Shown here: piece after piece, positions 54,664 to 59,287 of the stretch
Layout of the letters: each line of letters begins with the position of its first letter
Numbering within the stretch: position 1 is the first letter of the stretch
From: a bacterium
Lineage (GTDB): Bacteria > Actinomycetota > Thermoleophilia > Solirubrobacterales > 70-9
Length of the DNA stretch: 59,287 nucleotides
Reading direction: 5' to 3'
Assembly (NCBI GenBank): GCA_039930945.1
Contig: JBDTSW010000001.1
Span: forward strand, 1 to 59,287
Position numbers and translations under genes: made by a program
Notes under the pieces: generated by a model
The model's input: only the letters and a program-made list of their open reading frames with translations
What the model was told of the DNA's origin: nothing
Databases searched by the model: none

Positions 54664-55234
54664 GAACCGGTTCGCTCGGTCAGGGCGGTGACCCGTTCGA
54701 CGAAGGCGTCGCGGTGAAAGCGCTCGAACTGCTCCCAGGTGGCGAAGGTGGTGGGATCGGTGACCCGATCCAGGAACAGGGTCCCGGCGAGGTGGTCAAC
54801 CTCATGCTGGAAGGTGCCTGCGGTCAGGCCCCGCTTGACCTCGTCGTGTGAGACGCCCTCACGGTCGAGGTATCGCAGGCGGATCGCGACGTGGCGCATC
54901 AGGTTCCCCCGCAGGCCGGGCACCGAGAGGCAGCCCTCGTTGTTGCAGAACTGCTCATCGTCGAGCGGCTCGACCGTCGGGTTGACGACCACGGTCAGCG
55001 GGATCGGCGGCTTGTAGGGGTAGCGCGGGTTGACTCCCTCGATCTCGGCGACCGCGATCCGCACCCCAACCCCGACCTGGTTGGCGGCAAGCCCGGCCCC
55101 GTCGGCGGCACGCCTGGTCTCGATCAGATCGTCGATCAGCGTCTGCATCTCGGCCGAGCGAAGCTCCTGCGGCGAAACCTCGCGCGCGGGCTCGCGCAAC
55201 ACGGGGTCACCGACCGCGACGATCTCGCGAACGC

Positions 55235-55238
<4 letters not shown>
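54660..55238 (-). CDS. def: peptide deformylase homologue embedded in the hut operon
   Basis: All three PDF motifs are present: [31 protein letters not shown] overlaps with hutU upstream and hutF downstream. Confidence 0.85.
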
Positions 55239-56889
<1,651 letters not shown>

Positions 56890-56893
<4 letters not shown>

Positions 56894-58452
56894 TCCAGCG
56901 CTCCGATCGCCGTCTCGACCGCTTCCAGCGCCGCCCCCGATCCGACCAGGCGCTCGATCTCGGCCAGCTCCGGCGCAAGGAAGCGGTCGGGTCCCGGCCC
57001 ATCGGCCACGGCTCGAACCGCCTCCAGCGCCGCCGCGGTGCCCGCGGCCGGCGCCAGCGGGGCGCGCAGGTCGAGGGCGCGCGCCGCGCAGGCCAGCTCG
57101 ACGCTGAGGATCCTGCCCAGGTTGGCGAGGGTCTGCCGGAGCTTGCGCGCCGCCCCCCAAGCCATCGAGACATGGTCCTCCTGCATCGCGCTGGTCGGCA
57201 GCGAGTCGACGCTCGCCGGGGCCGCAAGCCGGCGGTTGTGGGCGACCATCGCCGCCTGGGTGTAGTGGGCGATCATCAGGCCCGAGTCGACGCCGGCATC
57301 GTCGGCCAAGAAGGGCGGCAACCCCTGCGAGCGGCCGGCGTCGAGGAGGCGATCGGTGCGCCGCTCCGCGATCGCCCCGACCTCGGCGGCGCCGATCGCG
57401 AGCAGGTCGCAGGCGAGGCCGAGCGGGGCACCGTGGAAGTTTCCGCAGGACTCGATCCGCCCGTCCGGCAGCACCATCGGATTGTCGATCGCCGATCGCA
57501 ACTCCGCCTCCGCGATCCGCTCGGCGTGATCGAGCGCGTCGCGCGCGGCCCCGATCACCTGGGGAGCGCAGCGCAGCGAGTAGGCGTCCTGAATGCGGCG
57601 ATCGTCGTGGCGATGGCTGGCGACGATCTCCGACCCGGCCAGCAGCCGGCGCAGGTTCGCCGCGCTCGCCGCCTGACCGGGTTGCGGCCGCAGCGCGATC
57701 AGGTCCTCGGCGAAGGCTCGATCGGTGCCCAGCAGAGCCTCGACCGACATCGCCGCGGCGACGTCGGCGAGCCGCAGCAGCCGGCGCAGGTCCGAGATCG
57801 CCAACAGCAGCATCCCGAGGATGCCGTCGGTGCCGTTGATCAGCGCCAGCCCCTCCTTCGCGGTCAGCTCGATCGGATCGATGCCCGCCTCGGCGAGCGC
57901 CTCCGCCGCGGCAAGCCGGCGGCCGTCGGCCGTGACGGCCTCGCCCTCGCCGATCAGCACCAGCGCGCAGTGCGCCAGCGGCGCGAGGTCCCCGCTCGCC
58001 CCCAGCGAGCCGTGCTCGGGCACCACCGGAGTCAGCCCGGCGTTGAGCAAGGAGAGGATCATCTCCGCGATCTCGGGGCGGGCGCCCGAGTAGCCCATCG
58101 CCAGGGTGCGGGCCCGCAACAGCATCATCGCCCGCACCACCTCACCCTCGACCGGCTCCCCCATCCCCGCGGCGTGCGAGCGCAACAGCGAGCGCTGCAG
58201 CTGCCGGCGCCGCTCCGCGGGAATCGAGACCGCCGCCAGCGAGCCGAAGCCGGTCGAGACCCCGTAGGCGGGCTCTGCAGAGCCCGCCATGCGCTCCACG
58301 ATCGCCGCGCTTCGTGCCATCGCCTCGCGAGCTTCGGCCGCCAGTGCGACCGGAGCCGAATCGCGAGCGACCGCGACCACGTCGCCGGGCGCCAGGCCGG
58401 TGCCGGTGAGCTCGATCGCCCCTCCTGCAGACACCACCCCGTTATATGGCAA
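56890..58452 (-). CDS. hutH: histidine ammonia-lyase
   Basis: MIO-forming [28 protein letters not shown]. The start is TTG 58452 or GTG at 58437/58434. Confidence 0.9.
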
Positions 58453-58531
58453 TCGCGCGGGGCTTGGGTGGACCGGGGCCGCCCAGGGACGACCTCTGGG
58501 GCGAGCCCTCCGCAGGGCGTGGGTCTTGCCG

Positions 58532-58807
58532 CTAGCGCTTGATCGTGTTGTGGACCTCGATCAGCTCCGGCTCGCCCGCCTCAATCCCGATCTCGGCCAG
58601 CAACGGCATCAGCCGGGCGCCAAACGCCTGGAACTGTTCTTGGGAGTCCCAGATCTCGCTGACTCGTCTGTTGTCGCCGGAGCCAAAGCAGACGTGGTAT
58701 TCCAGCCCATCCGGGGGCCAGTCGCCGCCCTGTTCGAGTCGGCGGATGCTTTCGTCGTACTGCTCGACGGTCAGGGACGGGGGGGTGAAGCGGACAAGAA
58801 CGCTCAT
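58532..58807 (-). CDS. small conserved hypothetical protein (91 aa)
   Basis: Strong GAGGAGGAG SD 8 nt upstream, high GC3 and balanced composition. No family assigned. Confidence 0.65.
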   Translation of the reverse strand: MSVLVRFTPPSLTVEQYDESIRRLEQGGDWPPDGLEYHVCFGSGDNRRVSEIWDSQEQFQAFGARLMPLLAEIGIEAGEPELIEVHNTIKR

Positions 58808-59045
58808 CGTGAAGCTCCTCCTCGGTCGGGTGCCCGCCGACCCTATCCGACGAGCACATCCGGTTCACGCAGGAACCGCTGGAGCGCGAGCCATTCGTGC
58901 ATGGGGGCCTGGCATCGGCCGCTCACGGGAACGCGACCTCTCCGGTCTGCTACGACCAGAGAGGAACGATCGTGAACAACATCAGAATGAAGATCGCCGC
59001 CGGGGCCACGATCCTCGGATTGGGCGGCCTGGATCGCCGGGCGCT

Positions 59046-59210
59046 CTAGCCGAGGCGCTCGCGCAGAAACGACGCGAGCTTCGGGCCGCTCGCCGGGTCG
59101 AGCATGTTCAGCGCCGGGACCGAGACCAGCTTCTCGACCAGCGCGACGCCGGCCTCGGTGCACGTCGCCCGCCCGGCGATCAGGTCGGGCCGGATCTCGA
59201 ACGCGCTCAT
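59046..59210 (-). CDS. possible small protein (54 aa), below the ORF-track length cut-off
   Basis: My translation reads MSAFEIRPDLIAGRATCTEAGVALVEKLVSVPALNMLDPASGPKLASFLRERLG. Nearly every codon ends in G/C. The ATG shares one nucleotide with the stop of an upstream in-frame reading frame (TGATG). Confidence 0.4.
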   Translation of the reverse strand: MSAFEIRPDLIAGRATCTEAGVALVEKLVSVPALNMLDPASGPKLASFLRERLG

Positions 59211-59287
59211 CACCCCGACCACCCCGTAGGGGGATCTTCGTCGGCCTGGCGGTCGGCCGCATCCTCCCCGGCCTCGCCTTCGCGCTG
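59210..59287 (-). CDS. 3' end of an unidentified gene entering from the right window edge
   Basis: Open minus-strand frame reading ...QREGEAGEDAADRQADEDPPTGWSG-stop. Only 25 codons are visible. Confidence 0.3.
   Translation of the reverse strand, partial: QREGEAGEDAADRQADEDPPTGWSG

Noticed and set aside
58843-59262. 139-aa minus-strand ORF at the right end
   Set aside because: Arg/Gly/Pro-rich junk-like sequence. A different frame gives a compact high-GC3 54-codon ORF coupled by TGATG to an upstream frame, which I consider more likely.

Overview
Very GC-rich, densely packed chromosomal segment of actinobacterial type. Third codon positions are almost always G/C, and GTG/TTG starts and 1-8 nt start/stop overlaps are common. 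I support about 60 protein genes. I see no rRNA, tRNA, CRISPR array, transposase or integrase. Content is mainly core and metabolic.

Genes by region:
- Left end: an acyl-CoA dehydrogenase truncated by the window edge, Bcp peroxiredoxin, two Ca2+ antiporters, and an ArsA-like ATPase.
- 8-12 kb: a 1200-aa zinc-ribbon / class III cyclase / STAND ATPase / TPR protein.
- 12-25 kb: ferritin-like protein, EVE and DUF2203 proteins, NUDIX hydrolase, AI-2E transporter, a GNAT plus betaine-type binding protein, an SDR-SRPBCC-Cfa operon, a secreted copper protein, YihY, a Baeyer-Villiger monooxygenase and WS/DGAT.
- 25-30 kb: ridA-ilvA, typA, greA and a Cys-less DksA-like gene.
- 30.2-41.3 kb, minus strand: a co-directional run of kdd, thioesterase, kce, tetR, ldcA, a five-gene peptide ABC importer, dmpA and a DUF3995-like gene.
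- 41-52 kb: HDAC-like deacetylase, a second Cfa paralogue, an SLC13 transporter, M20 peptidase, GIY-YIG protein, a P1B ATPase with a TPCP motif, and a long ACAD-like protein.
- 52-58.5 kb: a hutH-hutU-def-hutF-hutI operon.

Most interesting observations:
1. A peptide deformylase homologue sits exactly where HutG should be in the hut operon.
2. A secreted protein carries the copper-ligand pattern of peptidylglycine/dopamine monooxygenases, fused to a blue-copper domain.
3. A 250-bp long inverted-repeat element lies upstream of the cyclase gene.
4. Kdd/Kce beta-amino-acid catabolism is physically linked with peptide uptake and with DmpA and LdcA peptidases.
5. A zinc-finger-less DksA homologue lies next to greA.

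Many long ORFs in the supplied track are antisense or off-frame artefacts of the GC-rich sequence. The track also omits genes that are open at the window edges.
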